64,000 nucleotides of DNA from Candidatus Micrarchaeota archaeon (GTDB lineage: Archaea; B1Sed10-29): the NCBI GenBank assembly GCA_964579265.1, contig CAZOFO010000003.1:23584-87583 (forward strand), in the 5' to 3' direction. Both the position numbers and the translations under genes were made by a program. The stretch's first letter is position 1, and every line of letters begins with the position of its first letter. The notes below the pieces were generated by a model that ran no database searches, was not told the DNA's origin, and saw only the letters and a list, made by a program, of their open reading frames with translations. Below, piece after piece: positions 27,146 through 37,163 of the stretch.

Positions 27146-27227
27146 CGCTGGGAAGGGGATTCGAACCCCTGTGGCCGTGAGGCCACCAGCTTTCCAGGCT
27201 GGCGCATTACCGCTCTGCCATCCCAGC
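27146..27227 (-). tRNA. tRNA-Ser(GGA)
   Basis: GCTGGGA/TCCCAGC acceptor, CCAGC-CTGGAAA-GCTGG, long variable arm, G73. Confidence 0.95.
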
Positions 27228-27299
27228 TTTTTCCATATTATATCTTATTATTGGTTTGATTAATTTTTTAGATAATTTCTCCTTTGACATTGTTCTTTT

Positions 27300-28145
27300 T
27301 TACTTTTTTGGCTCTATTAGTACTTTTTTGGTTTTTACTATCTTTCCTTTTTCTTTTTTTTCTGTTCTATTTATTTTTTTTAAGGATTTTCCTATTGCCA
27401 CTGATTTTCCGTTTTGTGTTAATAGTACTTGTTTTTCTTTACCTATTTTTCCTTTGATTTTTTTTATTCCTGGTGATTTTAGGTCTTCTCCGTGGCTTAT
27501 TGATTTTAAAGCTGTTTTTTTTATCTCTATTTCTGGCATTTCGTTTAGAGCATTTTTTAAATTTATTAATGCTTTTTCTAGTTTTCTTTCTTCAATTAGT
27601 TTTTTTATTTCTTCCAATTTAAAAGCGTCTTTCTCTTTCCATTTTCCTATTTCGGTTCTTCTGAGTTCTTCAAGATTGGTTTCTGTCTTTATTTCTTTGC
27701 TCAGGTCTTTTACTAGTGTTCTGATGTAGGTTCCGTGCTGGCATTTAACGCTGAAGGTATGTGTGTTATTTTTTTTGTTTAGGTGTTTTATTGAATATAT
27801 CTTTCTTTTTCTTTTTTCTCTTTTTACTGCGGATTTTTCAGGGGGTATTTGTTCTATTTTGCCTTGAAATTTTTTCAAGGCTTTTTTCATTTTTTCTTTT
27901 TTCACTTCTTTGTTTGTTTTTATTTCTACTAGGTATTTTTTGTCTTTTCTTTGTATGTATTCCTGTATCTTTACTGCTTTTCCTATTGTTATTGGAAGTA
28001 AGCCTGTAGCGTAGGGGTCTAGAGATCCGCAGTGACCTGTTTTTGTTTTTAATAATTTGGATATTTTTTCGGTTATTTCTGGACTGGTTTTCTCTTTTGG
28101 TTTGTCTATTAGAATTATTCCTTTTCTTTTTCTGGTTTTATTCAT
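27300..28145 (-). CDS. truB: tRNA/RNA-guided pseudouridine synthase Cbf5 (TruB family)
   Basis: IDKP, GHCGSLDP-x-ATG, Q-x-PP-x-x-SAVK, GTYIR, ELRRT, PUA domain. Confidence 0.93.
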   Translation of the reverse strand: MNKTRKRKGIILIDKPKEKTSPEITEKISKLLKTKTGHCGSLDPYATGLLPITIGKAVKIQEYIQRKDKKYLVEIKTNKEVKKEKMKKALKKFQGKIEQIPPEKSAVKREKRKRKIYSIKHLNKKNNTHTFSVKCQHGTYIRTLVKDLSKEIKTETNLEELRRTEIGKWKEKDAFKLEEIKKLIEERKLEKALINLKNALNEMPEIEIKKTALKSISHGEDLKSPGIKKIKGKIGKEKQVLLTQNGKSVAIGKSLKKINRTEKKEKGKIVKTKKVLIEPKK

Positions 28146-28755
28146 CTTTAATCTTTTCTATTTCTTTTTTTATTTTTTCTACGGCTTCACTTGGTTTTTT
28201 GTTAGTTGTATCTACTATTAAATCGTATTTTTCTCTGTCTTCTAGGTAATTAAATCCGTATATGTCTTTCCAGTGTTTCTTTTCTTTTTCTTGTCTTTTC
28301 TTTATTTTCTTTATTTGTTTTTCTATTTCTTTTCTCGTTAGTTCTTTTGTTTCTCTTTCTTTTTCTCCTTTGTCTACTTTTTTTGCGTATTTTTCTCTAC
28401 CTATTTTTTTCCTCATGGCTATTCTTTTAGCTCTTTCTTCTAAATTGGCGGTTAGAAGTATTTTTAGTTTAGCGTTTGGTAGGTGGTGTGCGCTTAGTTT
28501 CCCGTTTACTATTACATTTTTCTTTTTTTCTACTTTTTCTTTTTGTTTTTCATCTAGTTTTCTGTGAAATTCTTTTAGTTTTTCAGGTGTTTTTTCATGT
28601 TTTTCCCATAATTGATCTGGATCTAGGTTTTTTTCTTTTGCTAGTTTTTTGTATATTTCTCCTACTTTTATTACTTCGTATCCTAGTTTTTTGCTTAGCA
28701 TATCTGCTGTGGTTGTGTCTCCTGCTCCTGGAGCTCCAGAAATAGTTATGATCAT
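28138..28755 (-). CDS. cmk: Cytidylate kinase (archaeal type)
   Basis: MIITISG-x-PG-x-G-x-TT, ERAKRI, YDLIVDT; conserved synteny. Confidence 0.85.
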   Translation of the reverse strand: MIITISGAPGAGDTTTADMLSKKLGYEVIKVGEIYKKLAKEKNLDPDQLWEKHEKTPEKLKEFHRKLDEKQKEKVEKKKNVIVNGKLSAHHLPNAKLKILLTANLEERAKRIAMRKKIGREKYAKKVDKGEKERETKELTRKEIEKQIKKIKKRQEKEKKHWKDIYGFNYLEDREKYDLIVDTTNKKPSEAVEKIKKEIEKIKDE

Positions 28756-28766
28756 TTTTCTCAGGT

Positions 28767-29183
28767 TTATTCTTCTTTATTTTTCTTTCTATATGTTTTG
28801 TATATTCCTTCTAGGGTGAGGCTGACTATTATTGAGATTAGTATGTACCACCATAGCCAGGTTAGTCCGATGTTGAGTATTGGGAGTTCTGCTACGACTC
28901 CTGCTCCTTCGTATCTTCCTCTGAGCCAGATTATAACTGCGAATATTGGTATCATTGTGTAGAGCATTGGTTTGAAGTTTTGTTTCATCATTTTTTTGGA
29001 TAGGGAGAGCATTTCTTTCTGTGTTCCTTTGTCTTCTGGATTTTCTTTTGATTGTTTTTTGAGTTCATCCATTCTTTCTTTTATTTCATCTACTTTTTCC
29101 TGGTCTCTGACTAGTTTCTGGATTATTGTTGACATTGAGGATACGATTACGGCTACTATAGCTATTGTTATTTGTGGTTCCAT
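28767..29183 (-). CDS. DUF106/EMC3-TMCO1 (Oxa1 superfamily) membrane insertase
   Basis: TM-coiled coil-FKPMLYTMIP...WLWWYILIS; position after adk. Confidence 0.88.
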   Translation of the reverse strand: MEPQITIAIVAVIVSSMSTIIQKLVRDQEKVDEIKERMDELKKQSKENPEDKGTQKEMLSLSKKMMKQNFKPMLYTMIPIFAVIIWLRGRYEGAGVVAELPILNIGLTWLWWYILISIIVSLTLEGIYKTYRKKNKEE

Positions 29184-29184
29184 T

Positions 29185-29736
29185 TTATCCGTTTTTTATA
29201 GTTTTTTCAAGTTCTTTTGCTGCTTTTTCTACTTGGTTTTCTCTGTTTTTTATTATTTTTATTAGTGCGCCTGTTAGTGTGGATACTGTTGCTGCGTAGT
29301 ATCTGTTCATTTTTTGATGTTGTTTTGGGGGTAGTGTGAAGTCACTTCTTTTTCTTGTTTTATCTTTTTTTCTTCTCTTCTTTATCTTTTTTGGTTCTGC
29401 TTCTATTAGTATTATTCGGTTTAGATTTATCTTTTCAGCTGCCCATTTTGGCATTCCTGGTATTATTCCTTTTGGTGTTTCTATGGATAGATGTGTGTCT
29501 ATTAATAGGTTTTCTTTCTTTTCTATTTTTTCTGCTGTTTTTTTCTGCAGTTCTTTTGTCTTTTCAGGGGATAGTTTTCTTAATTGGTCTCTGTGTTTTA
29601 CTATGTTTTGTTTTTTTGCTGTTTTTAGCATTTCTGTACCGAAGTTGGTTATTTCGTATCCTTCTAGTTGTTCTGCTGCTTTTTCTAGGACTGTGGTTTT
29701 TCCCACTCCTGGTATTCCTATTATTATAGCTTTCAT
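29185..29736 (-). CDS. adk: Adenylate kinase (archaeal type)
   Basis: GIPGVGKTT, NFG, RDQLRKL, IDTH, PG-x-P. Confidence 0.94.
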   Translation of the reverse strand: MKAIIIGIPGVGKTTVLEKAAEQLEGYEITNFGTEMLKTAKKQNIVKHRDQLRKLSPEKTKELQKKTAEKIEKKENLLIDTHLSIETPKGIIPGMPKWAAEKINLNRIILIEAEPKKIKKRRKKDKTRKRSDFTLPPKQHQKMNRYYAATVSTLTGALIKIIKNRENQVEKAAKELEKTIKNG

Positions 29737-29807
29737 TTTATCTTTCCTGTTTGTTTTTTAGGGGGGTCTGTCCTTGGGTGAGCCGTTGTCTTGTTTTTTG
29801 ATTTCTT

Positions 29808-31190
29808 TTAGGTCGGTAATTGACCTGGATCTATTCCTGGGATGTCTCTGAATGCTTCTTCGCTTGCTAGTGATTCGTACATTTGGTAGAGTATTCCTAC
29901 TAGTAGTAGTATTCCCATTCCTGTTCCTACTGCTCCGGTTAGGTCTGCTATTACTGCTAGTAGTGCTACTGCTGCTGCTGATATTACTATTAGTGGCGGT
30001 ATGTACCGGTCCAGTACCCGTTTTATTACTCTTTTGTCTCTTCTGAAGCCGGGGACATGTAATCCTATTCCTTTTAACTGGTCTGCTACGTCTTCGCTTG
30101 TCATGTTGCTCATTTTTGCCCAGAATTTTCCGAATAGTATGGCTCCTAGCACCATTCCTGTAGAGTATATTATTATCTGCATTATCACTCTTGGATTTTG
30201 TACGGTTGCTCTTACGTCTGCTGGTGTTCCTAGGGCGCCGTGTGGTGCTTGTAGGTAGTACGCTACTCCTGATACGGGTTCATTATCTTGGAATTCTCCT
30301 AGTACAGGTGTGCCCATTCTGTCCAGGGCTACTCCCCATAGTTGTATGTTTGCGAATAGTGCTGCTACGAATATTACTGGGATTACTGATAGGTACATGA
30401 ATTTTAATGGGTATTTGGTTCCTCTTCCTCTCATTCTGCTTGAAGTGAGAGGTATCTCTACTTTCATGGTCTGTACATAGACAGCTATTAAGAATATTAT
30501 GGCTGTGAAGATTAGTGGGAAGAGTGCTTCGGTTGGTATGTTTCCTATTACGGTTCCTCTCATTATTTGTGGTATTAGTCCTATGAATTCATCGGTTCCT
30601 GGGATTGTTGCCCAGCTTAGGCTTCTCCACATTATTGTGGATGATACTCCGGCTACAATGAATAGTCCTACTCCTGATCCTATTCCGTATTTGGATACTA
30701 CTTCGTCTAGGAATATTATTATGATTCCTCCTGCTGCTAGTTGGAGTACTAGTGCTCCTGATCCTAGTGCTCCTCCTGTTGCTGGTATGAATCCGCTTAT
30801 TACGTATACTCCTGCTTCGAAGAAACAGAATGCTATTGCTAGTAATTTTTGAGTTCCTTGGAAAACTGATTTTTGCGCTGGATCACTCATGTCCATTTGT
30901 ATGATGTCTGCTCCTACTAGAAGTTGTAATATAATTGATGCCATTACGATTGGTCCGATTCCTAGAGATGCTAGTGTTCCTAATTCAGATGCTGTTATCA
31001 GTTGTATGCTTTCTAGGAATTCTCCTTGTTCTCCTATTGCTGATCCTACTGGTCTTACTACGGCAAGTGTTAGGAATATTACTAGTGCTAGTCCTGTCCA
31101 GATTAATCTTTTCTTTAGTTTTGGAGTTACGTCTGGTTCTTTTACTTCTGGTAGAATTTCTATTAATGGTTGTAGTGATTGTAGGTTCAC
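29808..31190 (-). CDS. secY: Protein translocase subunit SecY
   Basis: LGIGPIVMASIILQLL, KYGIGSG, YPLKF, PGFRRD, GTG-x-GILL; GTG start. Confidence 0.97.
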   Translation of the reverse strand: MNLQSLQPLIEILPEVKEPDVTPKLKKRLIWTGLALVIFLTLAVVRPVGSAIGEQGEFLESIQLITASELGTLASLGIGPIVMASIILQLLVGADIIQMDMSDPAQKSVFQGTQKLLAIAFCFFEAGVYVISGFIPATGGALGSGALVLQLAAGGIIIIFLDEVVSKYGIGSGVGLFIVAGVSSTIMWRSLSWATIPGTDEFIGLIPQIMRGTVIGNIPTEALFPLIFTAIIFLIAVYVQTMKVEIPLTSSRMRGRGTKYPLKFMYLSVIPVIFVAALFANIQLWGVALDRMGTPVLGEFQDNEPVSGVAYYLQAPHGALGTPADVRATVQNPRVIMQIIIYSTGMVLGAILFGKFWAKMSNMTSEDVADQLKGIGLHVPGFRRDKRVIKRVLDRYIPPLIVISAAAVALLAVIADLTGAVGTGMGILLLVGILYQMYESLASEEAFRDIPGIDPGQLPT

Positions 31191-31211
31191 TTATCCACCT
31201 TCTTTTTTGCT

Positions 31212-31610
31212 TCAGGTTTTATTGTTTTCTTTGATTTTGATTGCTTCTCCACCTTTTTCTTCTATTTTCTCTTTTGCTGAGTTGGAGAAGCTTTGAGCTT
31301 TTATTTTTACTGGTTTTTCGAGGTTTCCAGAACCTAGTACTTTTTCGTAACCGTGTTCTTGTAGATTTATTTCTTCAGTGTCTTCAGTTATGTATTTGTT
31401 TATGTCTCTTAGGTTTATTCCTGTTTGATCTGGTTTATGGCTTTTAAATCCTTTTTTTTCTGGTATTCCTTTTTTGACTAGGTGCATATAGTTTTTTCCG
31501 CCTTTTCTAGAGGCTGTTCCTTTTTTACTTCCTTTTCCTCTTCCGTGTTTTGTGTTACCTCTTCCATGGGTTCTGCTTCCTCTGTGTTTCTTTTTTTTCT
31601 TTTTAGCCAT
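31212..31610 (-). CDS. rpl15: 50S ribosomal protein L15 (uL15)
   Basis: RGSRTHG, KVLGSG, FS..AKEKIE..GG. Confidence 0.95.
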   Translation of the reverse strand: MAKKKKKKHRGSRTHGRGNTKHGRGKGSKKGTASRKGGKNYMHLVKKGIPEKKGFKSHKPDQTGINLRDINKYITEDTEEINLQEHGYEKVLGSGNLEKPVKIKAQSFSNSAKEKIEEKGGEAIKIKENNKT

Positions 31611-31621
31611 TTTTAGCACCT

Positions 31622-32005
31622 TTATATCATTTTTTCTATTAATTTGTTAATTTCTTCTCCTCTGTACCCTAGTTCTCCTTTTTTGTTGTAGGGTTTTTTC
31701 TTTGATCCTTTGAATCCTCCTTTTGGGGGGTGTAGTTTGAATGTTTTTTCCATTCCTTCTTCTTTTATCTCTTCTATGTCTTTATTTTCTTCATTTCCTT
31801 TTTTTTCTAATAGTTTTTTCAGAGTTTTTTCGTTTATTTCTCCCCAGGTTATGTATCCTTCTGCTTTTCTGAGCATTCCTTTGTAGTTTTTATTGTCTGG
31901 GAGTATTCTGCAATTGTAAACATTTTTCATCTTGAGCATTTCAAGAGTATCTTTTATTTTTTCCGGTGTTTTTACTTCTCCTCTTAGTCTTATTGCTGCT
32001 ATCAT
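31622..32005 (-). CDS. rpl30: 50S ribosomal protein L30 (uL30)
   Basis: IRLRG, YITWGE, LHPPKGG, GELGYRG. Confidence 0.95.
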   Translation of the reverse strand: MIAAIRLRGEVKTPEKIKDTLEMLKMKNVYNCRILPDNKNYKGMLRKAEGYITWGEINEKTLKKLLEKKGNEENKDIEEIKEEGMEKTFKLHPPKGGFKGSKKKPYNKKGELGYRGEEINKLIEKMI

Positions 32006-32019
32006 TTTTCTTCACCTTT

Positions 32020-32625
32020 TTATTTGTCCCTATGTCTTTTTTGTCTTGTTTTTTGAAGGGCTTTTAATGTTGCTTTTCCGTAGTTTTTGTTTGTTCTTGT
32101 TGTTCCTTTTGTTTTTGTCCATACGTCTTTTATTCCTGCTAGTTTTAGTATCTTTTTGGCTGTTTCTCCTGCTACTATCCCTGTTCCTTTTGGTGCTGGT
32201 TTTATCTCAATTTCTACTGATCCTTCTTTTCCTTTTATTGTCATTGGTATTGAATGTGTTTCTTTGCATCCGCATTCCCAGGATCCACATCCTCTTTTTA
32301 TTGATTTCATGTTTTTCTTTGCGTTTTGCACTGCTTTTTCTATTGTCGGTCCAAATTCTTTTCCTTTTTCTTCTCCTATTCCTATATGTCCGTTTTTATC
32401 TCCTACTGCTACTGTTACGTTTAATGATAGTCTTCTTCCTGAGTCTGTGATTCTGCATACTCTCATTACATCTATTGTTTCTTCTTCTAGACCTGTTAGT
32501 ATTTCTTCAGTAATTTGATATTCCATTATTGGCTTTCCTTCTTTGTAGATTTGTTCGAAGTTTTTTATTTCGCCTTTTTTGACTTTTTTTCCAAGTTCTG
32601 TTCTCGGTTTCCATTCTCCAGTCAT
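32020..32625 (-). CDS. rps5: 30S ribosomal protein S5 (uS5)
   Basis: WKPRTELG, RGCGSWEC, PAPKGTG, LAGIKDVW. Confidence 0.97.
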   Translation of the reverse strand: MTGEWKPRTELGKKVKKGEIKNFEQIYKEGKPIMEYQITEEILTGLEEETIDVMRVCRITDSGRRLSLNVTVAVGDKNGHIGIGEEKGKEFGPTIEKAVQNAKKNMKSIKRGCGSWECGCKETHSIPMTIKGKEGSVEIEIKPAPKGTGIVAGETAKKILKLAGIKDVWTKTKGTTRTNKNYGKATLKALQKTRQKRHRDK

Positions 32626-32642
32626 TTTATCTTTCCTCCTGT

Positions 32643-33149
32643 TTATTTATTCTTTATTTCTTCTGCTATTTTTTCTACTTCCAGTTTTTCGTCTCTGTGT
32701 TCTTCTATGTGTTCTCCTTCTATCCTTCTTTCATTTGGGAGGATTTTTTCTCCGTGGGGTACTTCTAATCCTGTTTCTAGAACTCCTTTTAGTAATGCAA
32801 ATTCTTTTCCTCCTTCTGTAGGTGTTCTTCGACCTATATCGAGTACTGCTTCTTCTATTCCTTTTTCTTTTGATTTTTTCCCTATTAATAATCCTGTTAG
32901 GTAAGCTGCAGGTGTGTTTGATAAGTTTCCTTTGTATCCGTATTCTCTTAGTTCTTTTGAATTTACTTGGATTATTGTTTCATCTCCTTTTGGGTTGTAT
33001 TTGATTATTTGTGCTGTTATGGTCTTGTTTTGTATTCTTATGACTAGTCTTTTCTTTCCTGACTTTATTAGTTTTATTCTTTTTCTGTAGTCTGTTTTTC
33101 CTTCTCTTCGTCTTCGTCTTGGTACTCTATATCTTTTTCCTTCTGCCAT
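32643..33149 (-). CDS. rpl18: 50S ribosomal protein L18 (uL18)
   Basis: [23 protein letters not shown]. Confidence 0.96.
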   Translation of the reverse strand: MAEGKRYRVPRRRRREGKTDYRKRIKLIKSGKKRLVIRIQNKTITAQIIKYNPKGDETIIQVNSKELREYGYKGNLSNTPAAYLTGLLIGKKSKEKGIEEAVLDIGRRTPTEGGKEFALLKGVLETGLEVPHGEKILPNERRIEGEHIEEHRDEKLEVEKIAEEIKNK

Positions 33150-33161
33150 TTTTATCCTCTT

Positions 33162-33584
33162 TTAGTTTTCTTTTCTTAAGTCGTTTTGTTCTATGTGGTT
33201 CATGAGCTGTTTCTTATTTTTGAAGGCGTTTCCTTTGATTTTCTTGTATAATTCTTGATACGCTCCTGGTTTTAGTTGTGGTTTGATTTGTTTTAATTTT
33301 TTTCTCTGTGCTCTTACTTTTTCCATCCATTCGTCTTTTGATTTTTTCCTGGCTTCTTTTGCTCCTTTTCTTTTTCCTTTTCTTTTTCTTTTCTTTTTTA
33401 TTTTTTTTGTCTTTCTGCTTGTTCCTTTTTTTGGTTTTTTTGTTATTACTCCTTGTTCTATTTTTTCTTCTACGTCTTGTCTTGTCATCACTTCTTTTGC
33501 TTCTTCTGGATGGACTATTTTCACTCTTTTTTCTCCTATGTCCATTACTTTTGATGCTAATGATTTTACTTTATTTAATTCCAT
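33162..33584 (-). CDS. rpl19e: 50S ribosomal protein L19e
   Basis: TRQDV, KGTSR, RKG-x-KEAR, WM..VRAQR, KGNAF. Confidence 0.93.
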   Translation of the reverse strand: MELNKVKSLASKVMDIGEKRVKIVHPEEAKEVMTRQDVEEKIEQGVITKKPKKGTSRKTKKIKKKRKRKGKRKGAKEARKKSKDEWMEKVRAQRKKLKQIKPQLKPGAYQELYKKIKGNAFKNKKQLMNHIEQNDLRKEN

Positions 33585-33601
33585 TTTTGATCACTTTTTC
33601 T

Positions 33602-33970
33602 TTATTTGTTTAGTATTTTAAGGTCTTTTGACTCTGCCTTTTCAATTATTTTTTCTCTTTTTCTTTTTCCTACGTTTCCAGCTATTCTGACAGCGTGTTT
33701 TTCTTTGTTTAATTTCTCTATTTCTTTTGGATTGTATATTAATTTTTCCTCGTATCCTGAGGGGTGTAGTCCTCTTATTTCTTTTGGGTTTCTGTACCCT
33801 ATCTTTGGTTTTGCTGGTGCTTCTCTTTTTTCTTTCCTGTGTTTGGAGTGCATTCCTCTTGGACTTCTCCATCTTCCTCCTAGTTTTTTGTATTTTCCTC
33901 TTTGTCTTTTGAATTTTGGTTTTTTCCGTTTTTTGGTTCCTACTTTTTCTCCGTTTTTCTTTTCGCTCAT
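33602..33970 (-). CDS. rpl32e: 50S ribosomal protein L32e
   Basis: KFKRQ, WRSPRG, RGLHPSG. Confidence 0.95.
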   Translation of the reverse strand: MSEKKNGEKVGTKKRKKPKFKRQRGKYKKLGGRWRSPRGMHSKHRKEKREAPAKPKIGYRNPKEIRGLHPSGYEEKLIYNPKEIEKLNKEKHAVRIAGNVGKRKREKIIEKAESKDLKILNK

Positions 33971-33983
33971 TTTGTTCACCTGT

Positions 33984-34511
33984 TTAGTCTCTTGGTTTTT
34001 TTGTAATGTAGATACCGTCTTCGAATACTCTTGGATCTTTGTTTTTTATCCATGTTGCTTGTTCTAAGTTTGCTGCGGTTTGTCCTGCTTTTTCTTTGTC
34101 TTTTCCTTTTACTGTTATTTCTTCTCCTTTTATTTCTACTTCTGTATCTCCTAGTATGTCCACGTATCTTGGTTCTTGTTCTCCTGCGAAATTTTCTATT
34201 TTTATTTTATCTTTTTCTTTATTTACTCTCATTGGGAAGTGTTGATAGATTATTCTTAATTTGTATTCGTGTCCTTTTTGTAGGCCTTTTATCATGTTTT
34301 GTATTTTTCCTTGTATTGTTCCGAGCATTGCTTTTTGATGTTTTTTGACTGGTTCTTCTGTTGTTATCTTGATCTCTTTGTCTTCTTTTTTTAGTTTTAT
34401 TTTTTCTAGGTCGAATTTTTTTTCTAGAGTTTCTCCGTTTTTTGTTGCTTTTACTTTGTTTTTGGAGATCTCCATTTCGATATCTTCTGGTATTTCTACT
34501 TTTCTTTGCAT
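33984..34511 (-). CDS. rpl6: 50S ribosomal protein L6 (uL6)
   Basis: HFPM, NF-x-GE, GQTAANLEQ, DPRVF-x-DGIYI. Confidence 0.96.
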   Translation of the reverse strand: MQRKVEIPEDIEMEISKNKVKATKNGETLEKKFDLEKIKLKKEDKEIKITTEEPVKKHQKAMLGTIQGKIQNMIKGLQKGHEYKLRIIYQHFPMRVNKEKDKIKIENFAGEQEPRYVDILGDTEVEIKGEEITVKGKDKEKAGQTAANLEQATWIKNKDPRVFEDGIYITKKPRD

Positions 34512-34529
34512 TTTGATCACTTTTGATTT

Positions 34530-34913
34530 TTAGTATATGTAAGCTAGTGCTCTTCCTCCTGTTTCTCTTTTTTCTGCTTCTTCAGCTGTCATGATTCCTT
34601 TTGGTGTTGTTACTATTAGATGTCCGAAATTTTCTGCTGGTAGGTATCTTTTTTTCCATTTGAGGTATTCGTCTTTTTTGACGGGGTATCTTGGTTTTAT
34701 TGCTCTGCAGTTGTTTATATTTCCTTTTAGTTCTATTCTATATATTCCTGCTTTTCCATTGTCTATGTATTCATATTCTCCTATGTAGTTTTTCTTTTGA
34801 AGTATTTTTAGTATGTTTCCTATTAGTTTTGACGCTGGTTTGACTATGCATTCTTCTTTACTAGCGTCTTCTGAGTTTTTCAAGTTTATCATTGCTTCTT
34901 CTAGTCTATCCAT
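34530..34913 (-). CDS. rps8: 30S ribosomal protein S8 (uS8)
   Basis: PASKLI, YIGEYE, IKPRY, YLPA, GG..LAY. Confidence 0.96.
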   Translation of the reverse strand: MDRLEEAMINLKNSEDASKEECIVKPASKLIGNILKILQKKNYIGEYEYIDNGKAGIYRIELKGNINNCRAIKPRYPVKKDEYLKWKKRYLPAENFGHLIVTTPKGIMTAEEAEKRETGGRALAYIY

Positions 34914-34926
34914 ATTTATCACTTTT

Positions 34927-35100
34927 TTATCCGCCGTATTTTTTGAATCCGAGTTCTTCTGCTTTTTCTCTAAAGCATTTTCTACATATTTTTAATCCGT
35001 ATTTTCTTATTACTCCGTTTTTGTTTCCGCAGAATCTGCAGACTCTTTCTTCTTCTCCTTTTCGTGAGTATGAATGTTTTTTTTCTTTTGTTTCTGACAT
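34927..35100 (-). CDS. rps14: 30S ribosomal protein S14 (uS14, zinc-binding)
   Basis: Not in ORF track (57 aa); read manually: CRFCG...[15 protein letters not shown]...LGFKKY. Confidence 0.95.
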   Translation of the reverse strand: MSETKEKKHSYSRKGEEERVCRFCGNKNGVIRKYGLKICRKCFREKAEELGFKKYGG

Positions 35101-35113
35101 GGTTTCACCTTTT

Positions 35114-35623
35114 TTATTCTTTTATCTCTATGTTGAATTTGTCTGTTAGGTAATCGATTGAGTCTTTTGGTTTTAATCTGTGTTTTTCAGGGATTTTTTT
35201 CTGTTCTTTTTTCCGTTTTTTGGTTCTGTATCCCCATTTTTCCATTGTTATGTTTACATCCATTCCGTACATCCCTATATCTGCGTCGTATTCTATTCCT
35301 GGGATGTCTATGTATTCTGAGATCCCGAAGTTAAGGTTTCCTTGTTGGTCGAAATTTTTTCTTTGTAATTCATTTCCTATTGCTTCGAATGCTCTTTCAA
35401 GGAATTCTTCTGCTTCTTTGTCCCTTAGTGTGACTTTTGTTCCCATTGCTTTTCCTTCTCTTACTCCCCATTGAGGTACTTTTGTTTTTCCTCTTGTTTT
35501 GACGGGTTTTTTTCCTGTGATTCTTTCTAGTAGTTTTTGTGCTTTGTTCAGGCTTTCTCCTGAGGTTCCTACTCCTATGTTGACTGTTACTTTTTCTATT
35601 CCTATTTTTTCTTTGTCCGTCAT
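35114..35623 (-). CDS. rpl5: 50S ribosomal protein L5 (uL5)
   Basis: [23 protein letters not shown]-x-YGMD. Confidence 0.96.
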   Translation of the reverse strand: MTDKEKIGIEKVTVNIGVGTSGESLNKAQKLLERITGKKPVKTRGKTKVPQWGVREGKAMGTKVTLRDKEAEEFLERAFEAIGNELQRKNFDQQGNLNFGISEYIDIPGIEYDADIGMYGMDVNITMEKWGYRTKKRKKEQKKIPEKHRLKPKDSIDYLTDKFNIEIKE

Positions 35624-35635
35624 TTTTTCACCTTT

Positions 35636-36340
35636 TTATTCTTTTTTTGTTTGTATTTCTGTTTCTTTTTCTCCTACTGGGAATACGTTCTTTTTTTGTG
35701 TTTCTATATCTTCTAATTTTATTAGTGGTGGTCTTGAGCTTGTTCCTGGCATTTCTCCAGTTATTTCTTGTATTTCTCCGAAGTGTTTTCCGCTCATTAT
35801 GTATGCTTGGTTTCCTTCTTTCATTTTAATTATTTTTTGTATTTCTTTTTCAGGTAGATTGATTTTTACTGCGTCTCCTGTGTTTACTTCTTCGTTTATG
35901 ATGTTTTTTCCATCATGGAGAGTTATTTGGGTTTTTCCTCCTTTGATTTTTTGTTTGTGGTTTACTCTTCCTAGTTTGTAGTTTGCTTCTTTTCCTTCTT
36001 TTATTTCTATGAATATTATTTTTCCTTTTTCGTTGTAAACTGCTCTGTAGTTTTTTTTGCTTGGTTGGATTGTTAATACGTCCATGAATCCGACTGAATA
36101 TCTTGGGTTTTTCACGGTTTTTTTATCCACCTGTATTTTTCCTTCTTTTATTATTCTTTCTGCTTCTTTTGCGTTATCCACTACTTCAATGTGGTTTCTT
36201 AATGCTGTTTTTAGGGGTATTGATGATTTTTCTTCGTGAGGTCCTGGTGCTGTTTTTGCTGTCCAGGTTTCGGTTTTCCTGTTTATTTTCTGGGTGTTAG
36301 GTGCGTCTAGTCTTTTTCTACTCTTGCTGTTCTTTGTCAT
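35636..36340 (-). CDS. rps4e: 30S ribosomal protein S4e
   Basis: KRLDAP, PGPH, VGFMDV, LHDG-x-N, GKH-x-G. Confidence 0.95.
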   Translation of the reverse strand: MTKNSKSRKRLDAPNTQKINRKTETWTAKTAPGPHEEKSSIPLKTALRNHIEVVDNAKEAERIIKEGKIQVDKKTVKNPRYSVGFMDVLTIQPSKKNYRAVYNEKGKIIFIEIKEGKEANYKLGRVNHKQKIKGGKTQITLHDGKNIINEEVNTGDAVKINLPEKEIQKIIKMKEGNQAYIMSGKHFGEIQEITGEMPGTSSRPPLIKLEDIETQKKNVFPVGEKETEIQTKKE

Positions 36341-36731
36341 CTTTATCCTCCTTGTCTTTAGTTTCTATATTTTTTCCTTTCTTTATTTTTTGTTCTCTTT
36401 TTGGATCTTCTAAGTCTAGTTTGGTGATCATGAGGTTTGAGGGGTGGAATTTTATGTTTACTCTTTCTTGGTCTTGTGTTTCTCTTTCTATGTCTTCTAT
36501 CTCTACTTTATATTCTTTTAAGTTTACTTTTTTTACTTCTCCTGTTTTTCCTTTGTGGTCTCCTCTTTGAACTTTTACTTTGTCTCCTTCTCTTACTTGG
36601 GTTCTTCTTGTTTCGAATTTTTCTTTTAGGCTTGGTTTTAGTGGTATTGTCATTTCTTTCTGTCTTTGGTGTAGTGAGGCGTTTCTTTCTTTTTTTCTCT
36701 GTTTGCTCGGGTTTTTAATTTTTCTTCTCAT
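36318..36731 (-). CDS. rpl24: 50S ribosomal protein L24 (uL24)
   Basis: PSKQRK, GDKVKV-x-RG, HPSNL-x-IT.L. Confidence 0.95.
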   Translation of the reverse strand: MRRKIKNPSKQRKKERNASLHQRQKEMTIPLKPSLKEKFETRRTQVREGDKVKVQRGDHKGKTGEVKKVNLKEYKVEIEDIERETQDQERVNIKFHPSNLMITKLDLEDPKREQKIKKGKNIETKDKEDKDDKEQQE

Positions 36732-36753
36732 TTTATTTCCCTCTTTTGGTTAT

Positions 36754-37152
36754 TTATACAACGTTTTTAGCGATTGTAGCTACTTTTGGCATTCTTTCTC
36801 CTACTTCTTTTGCTACTACTCCTTTTATTTCGGTTCCTACTGGGTCTCCTTTTTCGTCTATTAGCACTGCGGCGTTGTCTTCGAATTCTATCCTTTTTCC
36901 ATCTGGTCTTTTGAATTCTTTTTTTTGCCTTATTAGTATTGCTCTTACTAGTTCTCTTCTCATGTCTATGTTTCCTTCTATTACTGATGCTTTGAATATC
37001 TCTGCTATTCCTATTTGTGGTCTTCTTCGTCTTCTCGTTCCTTCTCCTTCTTTTGAAACTACTTGTATCTTCTTTGCACCGCTGTTATCATCTACTTTTA
37101 CTTTACTTCCTTTTTGCAGTGATTTTGTCGCGCTTGTTCCTAGTCCTTTCAT
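36754..37152 (-). CDS. rpl14: 50S ribosomal protein L14 (uL14)
   Basis: DNSGAK, IRQ, FEDNAAV. Confidence 0.96.
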   Translation of the reverse strand: MKGLGTSATKSLQKGSKVKVDDNSGAKKIQVVSKEGEGTRRRRRPQIGIAEIFKASVIEGNIDMRRELVRAILIRQKKEFKRPDGKRIEFEDNAAVLIDEKGDPVGTEIKGVVAKEVGERMPKVATIAKNVV

Positions 37153-37163
37153 TTTTATCGCCT

